DNA of 64,000 bases from positions 40,837-104,836 of the forward strand of contig NZ_CAUTAP010000002.1 in NCBI RefSeq assembly GCF_963536705.1, read 5' to 3'. This DNA comes from an uncultured Streptococcus sp. (GTDB lineage: Bacteria > Bacillota > Bacilli > Lactobacillales > Streptococcaceae). Positions 21,144-29,987 of this stretch are shown one piece after another. The position numbers were made by a program, and so were the translations under genes. Each line of letters opens with the position of its first letter. The first letter of the stretch is position 1. The notes beneath the pieces were generated by a model. That model searched no databases, had not been told where the DNA came from, and was given only the letters and a program-made list of their open reading frames with translations.

Positions 21144-22082
21144 ATGAAATCTTACAATTCTTTGAATGATTATTATCGCAAACTTTTTGGAGAAAAGACT
21201 TTTAAGGTGCCTATTGATGCGGGCTTTGACTGTCCCAATAGGGACGGTACCGTGGCGCATGGAGGCTGTACCTTTTGTACCGTTTCGGGCTCGGGTGATG
21301 CCATTGTGGCACCAGATGCGCCCATTCGCGAGCAGTTCTATAAGGAAATTGACTTTATGCACCGCAAGTGGCCAGATGTTCGCAAGTATCTGGTCTATTT
21401 CCAGAACTTCACTAATACTCATGAGAAGCTTGAAGTGATTCGTGAGCGTTATGAGCAGGCCATTAACGAACCAGGTGTCGTTGGACTCAATATCGGGACT
21501 CGACCGGACTGTTTGCCAGATGAGACCATCGCCTACTTGGCTGATCTCTCTGAGCGCATGCATGTGACCGTGGAGCTGGGCCTTCAGACTACCTATGAGG
21601 AGACCTCGGACCTCATCAATCGTGCCCATTCTTATGAGCTCTATGTGGAGACGGTCCAGCGAGTCCGAAAGCTGGCTCCCAAGGCGGAGATTGTCTCTCA
21701 CTTGATTAACGGCCTGCCGGGTGAAACCCATGAGATGATGCTAGAGAATGTCCGCCGCTGTGTGACGGATAATGACATTCAGGGGATTAAGCTCCACTTG
21801 CTTCACTTGATGACTAATACCCGTATGCAGCGGGATTACCATGAAGGGCGACTACAGCTGCTCAGTCAGAAGGAATATATCTCCATCGTCTGCGACCAAC
21901 TGGAGATTATCCCCGAGCATATCGTCATCCACCGCATCACAGGGGATGCCCCGCGAGATATGTTGATTGGCCCTATGTGGAGCCTCAATAAATGGGAAGT
22001 TCTCAATGCCATCGAGGCAGAAATGCGTCGTCGTGGCAGCAAGCAAGGCTGTAAAGCAAAGGAGCAGAGATTCGTATGTTAA
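21144..22082 (+). CDS. ytqA: TIGR01212 radical SAM protein (YtqA/MnmL-like, tRNA wobble-U modification)
   Basis: CPNRDG..GGCTFC, GTRPDC and ELGLQT motifs; paired with a ytqB-like methyltransferase. Confidence 0.85.
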   Translation: MKSYNSLNDYYRKLFGEKTFKVPIDAGFDCPNRDGTVAHGGCTFCTVSGSGDAIVAPDAPIREQFYKEIDFMHRKWPDVRKYLVYFQNFTNTHEKLEVIRERYEQAINEPGVVGLNIGTRPDCLPDETIAYLADLSERMHVTVELGLQTTYEETSDLINRAHSYELYVETVQRVRKLAPKAEIVSHLINGLPGETHEMMLENVRRCVTDNDIQGIKLHLLHLMTNTRMQRDYHEGRLQLLSQKEYISIVCDQLEIIPEHIVIHRITGDAPRDMLIGPMWSLNKWEVLNAIEAEMRRRGSKQGCKAKEQRFVC

Positions 22083-22627
22083 GACCCTTACAGATGGCCC
22101 ATGCCTTTTTGGCAGAGGTCGTGACCAAGGAAGATGTTGCTGTGGATGCTACTATGGGCAACGGACATGACACCCTCTTTCTGGCTCAATTGGCCAAGCA
22201 GGTCTATGCTTTTGACATTCAGAAGCAGGCTGTGGAAAAGACTCGCCAGCGCTTGGCAGAAGCTGGCTTGGACAATGTTCAGCTAATCTTGTCTGGGCAT
22301 GAGACTATGGACCAATACACGGACCATTTCAAGGCAGCTATTTTTAATCTTGGCTACCTGCCTTCGGCGGACAAGTCTGTCATTACTCGACCTGATACGA
22401 CGCTGGAAGCTTTGGAAAAGGTCTGCCGAGGCTTAGAAAAAGGCGGCCGTGCAGCTATCATGATTTACTATGGGCATGAAGGTGGCGAAGTTGAAAAAGA
22501 TGCGGTGCTTGACTTTGTCACTCAGCTACCCCAGCAGGACTTCACCGTTGCCCTCTACAAGACCATCAACCAGATCAATAATCCGCCTTTCTTGGTCATG
22601 ATTGAGAAATTGAGAGAAGGAAGTTGA
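22076..22627 (+). CDS. ytqB: SAM-dependent methyltransferase, YtqB/MnmM-like
   Basis: DATMGNGHDT, FDIQ, FNLGYLP and YYGH motifs. Confidence 0.85.
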   Translation: MLRPLQMAHAFLAEVVTKEDVAVDATMGNGHDTLFLAQLAKQVYAFDIQKQAVEKTRQRLAEAGLDNVQLILSGHETMDQYTDHFKAAIFNLGYLPSADKSVITRPDTTLEALEKVCRGLEKGGRAAIMIYYGHEGGEVEKDAVLDFVTQLPQQDFTVALYKTINQINNPPFLVMIEKLREGS

Positions 22628-22867
22628 GATACAATAAGGATACAGAGAGAAAAGCCAGATAATAGGAGCTTTCAGTACTGTATCTTTATTTTTTTAAATC
22701 GTGAAAATCGAATAATTAGGTCTAAAATAAGAGAATTATGATGTGTGTAAATTTAAAGTCTTATATTTTCTTACAAAGAAGATATAAGACTTTTGACATT
22801 TTTCAGTTTATATGATAATCTATGACTGTAAAAACAAAAAACGTCACAGTGTTTTTAGGAGGAAGTT

Positions 22868-23464
22868 ATGGCTACTGCTTTTACTGCTGAAGAAAAAGAA
22901 GTAATTAGAAAGAAATTACATAAAGTTGCAAAGGAATGCCTTCAAAGATATGGGGTTAAGAAAACCACAGTTGACCAGATGGCAGCAATGGTAGATATTT
23001 CCAAAGGTTCTTTTTATAATTTTTATTCCTCAAAAGAAATGTTATTTTTTGCGGTCTTAGAAGAATATCAAATAGGTGTTATGGATCGCCTGACAGAACA
23101 ATTAGGTATGGAAGTCAAGATAGATACAAATCGTCTGGTACAGTTACTTTATGATTTTTATCAAGATTTTCGCTATTCATTTATGTATACCATATTCAAA
23201 AATCATGAAATGGAATTACTCGTAAGAAAATTGCCAAAAGAGGCGATAACAAATCATCATCTGATAGATGATAGGATGGTTAAAAAAATTGTATCCCGAA
23301 TCAATATTAGAGAAAATGTATCGGTAGAAATCGTCTCTGCTTTATTTAGAACGATTGCTATGACTATATTACACATCGAGGAAATCGGTGAAGAACAATT
23401 TGATACTACATTGAAGTTAGTCATACAAGGAATTGTTGAGCAAATTACTAAGGAGGATAGGTAA
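22868..23464 (+). CDS. TetR/AcrR-family regulator
   Basis: N-terminal HTH (ISKGSFYNFYSSKE); AGGAGG SD; AT-rich. Confidence 0.9.
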   Translation: MATAFTAEEKEVIRKKLHKVAKECLQRYGVKKTTVDQMAAMVDISKGSFYNFYSSKEMLFFAVLEEYQIGVMDRLTEQLGMEVKIDTNRLVQLLYDFYQDFRYSFMYTIFKNHEMELLVRKLPKEAITNHHLIDDRMVKKIVSRINIRENVSVEIVSALFRTIAMTILHIEEIGEEQFDTTLKLVIQGIVEQITKEDR

Positions 23465-24417
23465 TGGTGAAAGAAGCAATTAGAACTGCAAACCTTTCTA
23501 AAAGATATGGAACAAAAAATGTTGTCAACAACTTGAATCTATCAATAAAAAGTGGTGAAATAGTAGGTTTTTTAGGACTGAATGGTGCAGGGAAAACAAC
23601 AACGATGAGAATGATGTTAGGATTGATAAAATCTACATCAGGAGAATGTTATATCCAAGGAAAAAAGTTAGATCTGAATAATTTAGAACTTCGAAATGAA
23701 ATAGGTTATATTATTGAGACACCTTATTCTTATCCAGACTTAACTGTGAGAGAAAATTTAGAAATCGTTAGTAAATTAAGAGGGGTTAATAGAGATAATA
23801 TTGACTGGGTAATTGAAAAATTAAAACTAAAGCAATATGAACATAAACAGGAGAAGCATCTTTCTTTAGGAAATGTTGCGCGTTTAGGAATTGCAAAAGC
23901 GATTATTCATAAACCTAAAATCCTAATTCTTGATGAGCCAACAAATGGATTAGATCCTTTTGGAGTTATTGAAGTGAGAGAGCTATTAAAGGAATTGGCG
24001 AATAATCTAGGTACAACTGTTCTTATTTCAAGTCATAATCTGGAAGAAATATCTAAAATTGCTACTAGAATAGTCATTATACATGAGGGCAGACTTATAA
24101 GAGAAGTTGAAAGTAATGAATTAGAACAGTACTTAGAAAAGAAGTTACTAGTAAGTGGCTCTAATAATAAGGCCATGAAAGAAGTATTATCTAACCATGG
24201 CTATCAGGTGAACATTCAATCAGACACAGAAAATAATATCGATTTCTTAGAACTAATTGATAAAAAATCTGTGGAATATCCGGAAGAAATTGCTACATTG
24301 CTGGTTAATGCAGGTTATCCGCCCAAATCGCTGACTGTTGAGAAAGAAGATTTAGAGCATTATTTCTTAAGGATACTGAATGACTATAATAGAGGTGTTT
24401 CGAATGAAAAAGCTTAG
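23464..24417 (+). CDS. ABC transporter ATP-binding protein, BcrA/lantibiotic-immunity type
   Basis: GLNGAGKTT, LSLG signature, LDEPTNGLD and SSH motifs. Confidence 0.88.
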   Translation: MVKEAIRTANLSKRYGTKNVVNNLNLSIKSGEIVGFLGLNGAGKTTTMRMMLGLIKSTSGECYIQGKKLDLNNLELRNEIGYIIETPYSYPDLTVRENLEIVSKLRGVNRDNIDWVIEKLKLKQYEHKQEKHLSLGNVARLGIAKAIIHKPKILILDEPTNGLDPFGVIEVRELLKELANNLGTTVLISSHNLEEISKIATRIVIIHEGRLIREVESNELEQYLEKKLLVSGSNNKAMKEVLSNHGYQVNIQSDTENNIDFLELIDKKSVEYPEEIATLLVNAGYPPKSLTVEKEDLEHYFLRILNDYNRGVSNEKA

Positions 24418-25180
24418 TTCCTGTATTTTAATTGAATGGAGAAAGTTAATAAAATCAAAACTTTCCATCGTAACTGCTTGTTCTATCTGTTTAGTTCCTT
24501 TTATTGTTGGGTTGTTTGCAACTATGATGAAATATCCAGAGAATTTCAAAAATCTTGGTTTGATTTCTGCAAAAATGGAAATGATGAAGATAACAGACTG
24601 GTCGTCATACTTAATGACCATATCACAAGTCATTTCTGTTGGGGGATTGCTCATTTTTGGATTTACAGCATCTTGGGTTTTTGGTAGAGAATATTCTGAT
24701 AAAACTATGATAGACCTATTAGCACTCCCGATAAGAAGAGATACAATCGTATTATCCAAGTTTATCGTTATCGCTCTATGGAGCTATATTCTATCAATTT
24801 TTGCACTTTTATTGGGATTATTAGCTGGCAATCTGATTGGACTTGATGGTGGGAACTTAACGGTGATTTTCAAAGGTATACTTACTTTTGGTTTTTGTAC
24901 TACTCTTACGATCATACTCTCTACTCCAGTAGCTTTTTTTGCTTGTTTAGGCCGGGGCTATTTGTCTCCATTGGCATTTATCATTTTTACTATTATTTTT
25001 TCTCAGCTTGGTTCTGCTCTTAACTTTGGGAAGTATATTCCATGGGCGATTCCTGCACTCGCAAGTGGTATTGCAGGAAAAGCATTATTGAATTTTGGTA
25101 GCATTGTCAGTTTATTTGGGGCAAGTATTCTAGGTCTTATCGCAACAATAGCTTGGTGGAGGTATGCTGATTACGATTAA
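24404..25180 (+). CDS. ABC-2 type permease (BcrB/LanE-like)
   Basis: Six TM segments; GREY...LLALPI.R...KF motif; ATG 24404 after GAGGTG. Confidence 0.82.
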   Translation: MKKLSSCILIEWRKLIKSKLSIVTACSICLVPFIVGLFATMMKYPENFKNLGLISAKMEMMKITDWSSYLMTISQVISVGGLLIFGFTASWVFGREYSDKTMIDLLALPIRRDTIVLSKFIVIALWSYILSIFALLLGLLAGNLIGLDGGNLTVIFKGILTFGFCTTLTIILSTPVAFFACLGRGYLSPLAFIIFTIIFSQLGSALNFGKYIPWAIPALASGIAGKALLNFGSIVSLFGASILGLIATIAWWRYADYD

Positions 25181-25470
25181 AATGAAGTGATGAAAATGCT
25201 AATAACACGAAACTAAGTCTTATTCATTTCCATTCAAAACAACCCCTCCTGTTCAGATTGAAAAACAAGAGGGGTTATATTATGACAATCGAAAGTTTTG
25301 GGGGAGAGGGGACTATGTGAATATCGTTGGCCTAAATGAAAAGATAGTTTCTAATATACGTGATTGGGAAAAAATGACCTTGTCTTTGATAAGTTAAGTG
25401 TCAAACCGTTCTCAGATGGCAGTTTTAGAACAAGGTGAAATCCCGTTTTCACGGGTGGTTATGACTTCTC

Positions 25471-25549
25471 AAAATGAGCAAAAAAGCAGTAAACCTTTGT
25501 GATTTACTGCTTTAAAAATTCTTCTATTCAATTAGACAAACTGGTATTT
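25471..25549. repeat. ~78-bp direct repeat, copy 1 (minus-strand terminator hairpin plus ACAAA-N6-TTT site)
   Basis: aaaatgagcaaaaaagcagtaaa...tttactgcttt...attcaattagacaaactggtattt; near-identical to 26917-26994. Confidence 0.85.
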
Positions 25550-26606
25550 ATAATCCATTCGCATGAGCCAATTTATGTTCCTGGCTATTTATATAATCTT
25601 CGTGTTTGTGATTATGTCTCTCCTCATTACCGAAGTGCTTATGCTCATGTTCATGAGTGATTACATGAGTATGAGTCACGCCGTTATGTGTATGAACAAT
25701 CGTATGCTTATGCTCATGAAGATGATGCTTTACCATAGTGTCATATACTACAAATACCGTTCCTAGCAACATCAGAGCCAGCCCTATAAAATATTCTAGA
25801 GCCAATTTTTCTCCATTTACTGCAAAGGCTAAAAATGATCCCACAAACGGTGCTACAGCATAAAAAGAACTTGTCTTAGCTGCACCTAAGTCTCTTTGCG
25901 CTCTTATATAAAGAAAAATACTTAATCCGTATGCTACAAATCCTAATAGCATAACTTCGGCAATGTATTTCATTTCTGGAATCTTTTCGCCAAGTACCAA
26001 TGCAATAGTAAATGCACCTCCGCCAGAAAAAATGCCTTTTAGCAAAACAATCTCATATGTGCTTTTATCTGACATCTTTCTTGTACAGTTATTCTCAAGT
26101 CCCCAGCAACAGGTTGCCAGTATCACAAAAAAAGAACCTATAGAAAACTGGAAACTATCACTTCCCTCAAATGACAAAACAATACTAGATAGCGTAATAA
26201 ATCCAATGGCAATCCACAGCTTTCTTGATACCTTCTCCTTGAAAAACAGTAACGCCATTAACGCAGTCGCCACAATTTCAAAATTACCAAGGAGTGACGC
26301 ATTAGATGCTGTTCCCATTTTTATACCTATCATTAAAAATATAGGGGCGGCTATATCTAATCCAATCATTCCGATTGTATAGGGTAAATCCTGCTTTGTA
26401 AGTCTCTCTGATTTTTTCTCTTTTTTTATGTGAAATAAATACATTATTCCAACGCCAAGACCAGCACCAAGATAAAGAAAAGCGGCAATAAAAGTTGGTG
26501 TAACATTATTCAAAAGAACTTTTGAAAATGGCGTGTTAATTGCATAAAATCCAGCTGCTAACAGTGCTAATATAACTGCGCTCGTCTTTGTTTTCTGCTT
26601 CAACAT
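25548..26606 (-). CDS. EamA/DMT-family transporter with a His-rich C-terminal tail
   Basis: About ten TM segments with EamA repeats; tail HHLHEHKH...HTH...HEHEHKH. Confidence 0.85.
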   Translation of the reverse strand: MLKQKTKTSAVILALLAAGFYAINTPFSKVLLNNVTPTFIAAFLYLGAGLGVGIMYLFHIKKEKKSERLTKQDLPYTIGMIGLDIAAPIFLMIGIKMGTASNASLLGNFEIVATALMALLFFKEKVSRKLWIAIGFITLSSIVLSFEGSDSFQFSIGSFFVILATCCWGLENNCTRKMSDKSTYEIVLLKGIFSGGGAFTIALVLGEKIPEMKYIAEVMLLGFVAYGLSIFLYIRAQRDLGAAKTSSFYAVAPFVGSFLAFAVNGEKLALEYFIGLALMLLGTVFVVYDTMVKHHLHEHKHTIVHTHNGVTHTHVITHEHEHKHFGNEERHNHKHEDYINSQEHKLAHANGL

Positions 26607-26916
26607 TTGTCATCCCCTTTGCTCTGTACATTCTAATTCGCTTCCCTAAACATTTTTACTATTATATCATATATTTACTTAATGTTAGAGCCCTAGCTCT
26701 TGCTTCTTAACCTGTGTTGGTCTTCTATTTTCTTTTACTAGTGTCTCTAAACAATTTCTAACACTTTTAGCTCTTTCCATTTAATATAGAATTTCGGTTT
26801 TGAAGTTGACTACATCTCATCAATACTCTTGCCTTTTCAAAATGCTTGTTAGGGTTGCTTTATTCCAGTTATTGCGATTTTCTTGATTCAAAAATTACTG
26901 ACTCTTTTATTTTGGA

Positions 26917-26994
26917 AAAATGAGCAAAAAACAGTAAAACTTTTTGATTTACTGTTTTAAACATTCTTTGATTCAATTAGACAAACTGGGATTT
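26917..26994. repeat. ~78-bp direct repeat, copy 2
   Basis: aaaatgagcaaaaaacagtaaa...tttactgtttt...attcaattagacaaactgggattt. Confidence 0.85.
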
Positions 26995-27055
26995 TTAGAT
27001 TTTAAGCCTTAAGGAAAATAAAATGGGCTATTCTCCTTAAGTGTTTTCTATAATA

Positions 27056-27820
27056 TTATAGTTTGATGCAGAGTGTAGCTATATAGTCATTTCCATAACG
27101 TGATAATCTATGTCTTTTATCACATGATTCATAAAAATCTATCATAGCGAGACCATTTTTAAGTTGTCCTCTAATCTGAGTTTCTAAGGTATGGCTAAAT
27201 TCATATCCATATTCTGGATTTATGGTTATTTTGCCTTCCTCTTCAAGCTCTTTTGAATTAAAAGGTATTGAAAACTTTAAAAGTAATTCTTCATCGGGTT
27301 TGTCCCATACAATGTCAGCATCGTACATGTATATCCAAGGGTTCATAAATCCGACCATTAATAGTCCACCCTTTTTCAATACTCGAGAGGCTTCTTTATA
27401 CATGTTTTCTAAATCTTCTATATATACATTTGAAACCGGATTAAAAATAATATCAAAAGTTTCATTTTCAAATGGAAATGGTTTTGTCATATCGCCTTGA
27501 ACTGTGTTGATTTTTAAGCCTTCTCTTTTAGCAACCATATCATCTCTTTGTAATTGTGATTTAGAAAAATCCATTATGGTTACATCATAACCTTTTATAG
27601 CAAAAACTGGCCCCTGCTGTCCACCACCACAAGCTAAACCTAATATCTTTTTTCCGTTTGCTTTTTCAAACCATTCTTTTGGAACTTTTTTCCCGACAGT
27701 TAATGCAACAGAAATTGGATGTTTTCTAACTTCTTCTAATTCTTCATGTGTCAATGGCTCAGTATAGTCATTTTTTACATTATTCCATCTATCTTCATTT
27801 AATTTTATATAATTGTTCAT
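27056..27820 (-). CDS. Class I SAM-dependent methyltransferase
   Basis: LGLACGGG motif I, MDFS, GDM and RVLKKGG; GAGGAG SD; AT-rich. Confidence 0.88.
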   Translation of the reverse strand: MNNYIKLNEDRWNNVKNDYTEPLTHEELEEVRKHPISVALTVGKKVPKEWFEKANGKKILGLACGGGQQGPVFAIKGYDVTIMDFSKSQLQRDDMVAKREGLKINTVQGDMTKPFPFENETFDIIFNPVSNVYIEDLENMYKEASRVLKKGGLLMVGFMNPWIYMYDADIVWDKPDEELLLKFSIPFNSKELEEEGKITINPEYGYEFSHTLETQIRGQLKNGLAMIDFYESCDKRHRLSRYGNDYIATLCIKL

Positions 27821-27938
27821 CTTATAATCTCCTCGTAATTTTATACTATTTCGATTTAAGTTGAATATGTTGCCATTACATTTTTCTCACCTCTACAAAT
27901 TCCAATTTGACGCACTGTAGATGTTCCTCGCTTACATA

Positions 27939-28313
27939 CTACATCTGAAATGCTGTTATCCAAAAACATATTCCGGCTACAAGTGAAATCGGAGTCATAA
28001 CATATTTTTCTTTCTTACTTTTTGAAATCATGTTCATAATCGTATTCAAGGATAGGTAAGCGGCAAAGAAGAAACAAATATATTTAGTCACCTTAAAAGA
28101 CAGCCACAAAGGAAGCAAACCTCCAGCTTGCAAAATAATGATCATGGCAAAAATTTGGATAGCCACCGAAATGACTGCCGCAAGTCTAAATTTTTTAGGT
28201 AAGATTTTATGTTGTCCACCCATTGTATATTCGCCCAAAGGCAGACCGCAAGCAACAAGAACTGTCATAATTGCTATAACTCCAAATAATACTGCACCTA
28301 ATATTGAAAACAT
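27939..28313 (-). CDS. Small four-TM hypothetical membrane protein
   Basis: 124-aa hydrophobic ORF with GLPLGEYTMGG; GGGAGA SD. Confidence 0.75.
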   Translation of the reverse strand: MFSILGAVLFGVIAIMTVLVACGLPLGEYTMGGQHKILPKKFRLAAVISVAIQIFAMIIILQAGGLLPLWLSFKVTKYICFFFAAYLSLNTIMNMISKSKKEKYVMTPISLVAGICFWITAFQM

Positions 28314-28392
28314 AAATCGCTATTCTCCCTTCGCAAAATACAAAAAATTTTAATTACAAATTCAACTTTGTCTCACTTAATGTTCCTATAAA

Positions 28393-28421
28393 ATTATAAC
28401 AAATTCTTAGCAAGTGTTCAA
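28393..28421 (-). promoter_or_regulatory. Promoter reading into the AT-rich gene array
   Basis: Minus strand TTGAAC-N17-TATAAT with an extended TG. Confidence 0.6.
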
Positions 28422-28424
28422 GTT

Positions 28425-29987
28425 TTATAGGTTTTTCTCAAGCTGGTCTGTTGATTTCCCTTTTCCTTTGTTCTTCCACCAATCGCTCAGGTCGACTAAG
28501 GATTGAGCGGCGGAAGGGATGAGAAGGAGAACATAGATATAGACATACTGGCTCTTGGTTTCCCAGAAGAAGTGGAAGAGGCCGCCCCCCAAGAGAAAGA
28601 TGAAGGGATAGAGGTCAAAAGGCGTCAGCTTTTCCTCGGCGACGAAAAATTTATGTAGAATAAAGAAACAGGCGAGCAGATAGATACTGGCTAGCAGGGT
28701 CAAGAGCAGGAAATTAACAATCTGATAACCCTTTCTTTCCTCATAAATGCTGCGCAAGACAGTTGGCTTCATGTATTGCTGGCGCTCAATCTGCGGTCCA
28801 GTCCAGATAGACTGAAAGGTCGGTTCAGTCCAGGTAGACTTGACCTTTTCGTAGAAGAATTTCAGCGCATAAGCAGGATGCTTGCTGAAGTGAATCAGGA
28901 TATCCTTCAAATCCCGAGTGGCCATTTCTGTTGCCAAATTTTCATCGTACTTGTTGCGCTTGAGAATCTTGGTATTGTAGGCATCGTACCAGCCTCCCAA
29001 GGTCTGCCGATTGGGATCATCCCGCAGGCCCATAGTGATATAGGCAATTTTTGGGGTACCGACACCAATCTTGCCCCCAATCATCTGCTCATAGTAGGCC
29101 GTCAGAGCCTTGTTTGAAAGAACGATGCCGGCTAAAATCAGAATGATGACTAGTGGTTTCTTCCAAGACCATTTATAAAAAATGGACAGGAAGTAGACGC
29201 CGATCAGCATAATGGCAAAGATAATGTAGTTGTTGCGCAGGAGGCAGGCCAGACTGATGCTGGCAGCTCCCAGCAAGGCATAAAGCAGGTTTCCTGTCTG
29301 GTCCAGCTTGATAAAAGCATAGAGACTGAGCAGACAGAAGAAGAGCCCAGGAATGGTACCGTAGACAAAGAAAACGAAAAAGAGTTGTGGTAGAAAGAGA
29401 AAGGTCAGCAGAATCGTGTATTTCTGAATCATTTCTCTAGCATTGAGCAGGGCAGTAATCTTGTAAATCAAGAAATGACTGAGTAAAGTCCAGCCGACAT
29501 TCATGCTAAAGGCAAACTGAGTCGTCGGAGAAATAAAAGCATAAAGTCGCTCCAGAGTCATCAGTCCTAGCTGATGGGGATTGCGGTACATGTAGCTTCC
29601 GACGGTTGTCAGCGAGCTGTAATCTCCTCGATTAAAGGCCAGCGCTGCATTGAAAACGTGCTTGGCGTCAGCTCGGATGCGGCCATCGTAGGCCGTTATC
29701 AGAAAAATCGCTGCTGCTATAAAGATGAGGGACAGAATCCAAAAAAGATGCTTGGTCTGAACCTTTTCCAATAGGGGCCGGATTAAAAAGAGGCTGAGGA
29801 GAAAAAGTAAGAGTATAGGGTAGAAATACCAAGGATTACTGACGAATTGTACCCCTTCAGCAATCCTCAAAGGTATGTAAGTATGGGACAGCAGAATCTG
29901 CCCAGACAGGAAAAGCAAGGCAATCGCAGTCATGGTCAGAATCAGGAAGTAGCCCAGGTTGAAGATGGTATTAGAAAATTGCTTCAT
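28425..29987 (-). CDS. Polytopic membrane protein, probable GT-C fold glycosyltransferase
   Basis: About 12 TM segments with an acidic first loop (RADA), LRNNY and WETKSQY; the fold is inferred. Confidence 0.6.
   Translation of the reverse strand: MKQFSNTIFNLGYFLILTMTAIALLFLSGQILLSHTYIPLRIAEGVQFVSNPWYFYPILLLFLLSLFLIRPLLEKVQTKHLFWILSLIFIAAAIFLITAYDGRIRADAKHVFNAALAFNRGDYSSLTTVGSYMYRNPHQLGLMTLERLYAFISPTTQFAFSMNVGWTLLSHFLIYKITALLNAREMIQKYTILLTFLFLPQLFFVFFVYGTIPGLFFCLLSLYAFIKLDQTGNLLYALLGAASISLACLLRNNYIIFAIMLIGVYFLSIFYKWSWKKPLVIILILAGIVLSNKALTAYYEQMIGGKIGVGTPKIAYITMGLRDDPNRQTLGGWYDAYNTKILKRNKYDENLATEMATRDLKDILIHFSKHPAYALKFFYEKVKSTWTEPTFQSIWTGPQIERQQYMKPTVLRSIYEERKGYQIVNFLLLTLLASIYLLACFFILHKFFVAEEKLTPFDLYPFIFLLGGGLFHFFWETKSQYVYIYVLLLIPSAAQSLVDLSDWWKNKGKGKSTDQLEKNL

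Noticed and set aside
25282..25410. Short ORF fragments after the ABC permease terminator
   Set aside because: Too short and with no recognisable motif; cannot be supported as a gene or pseudogene
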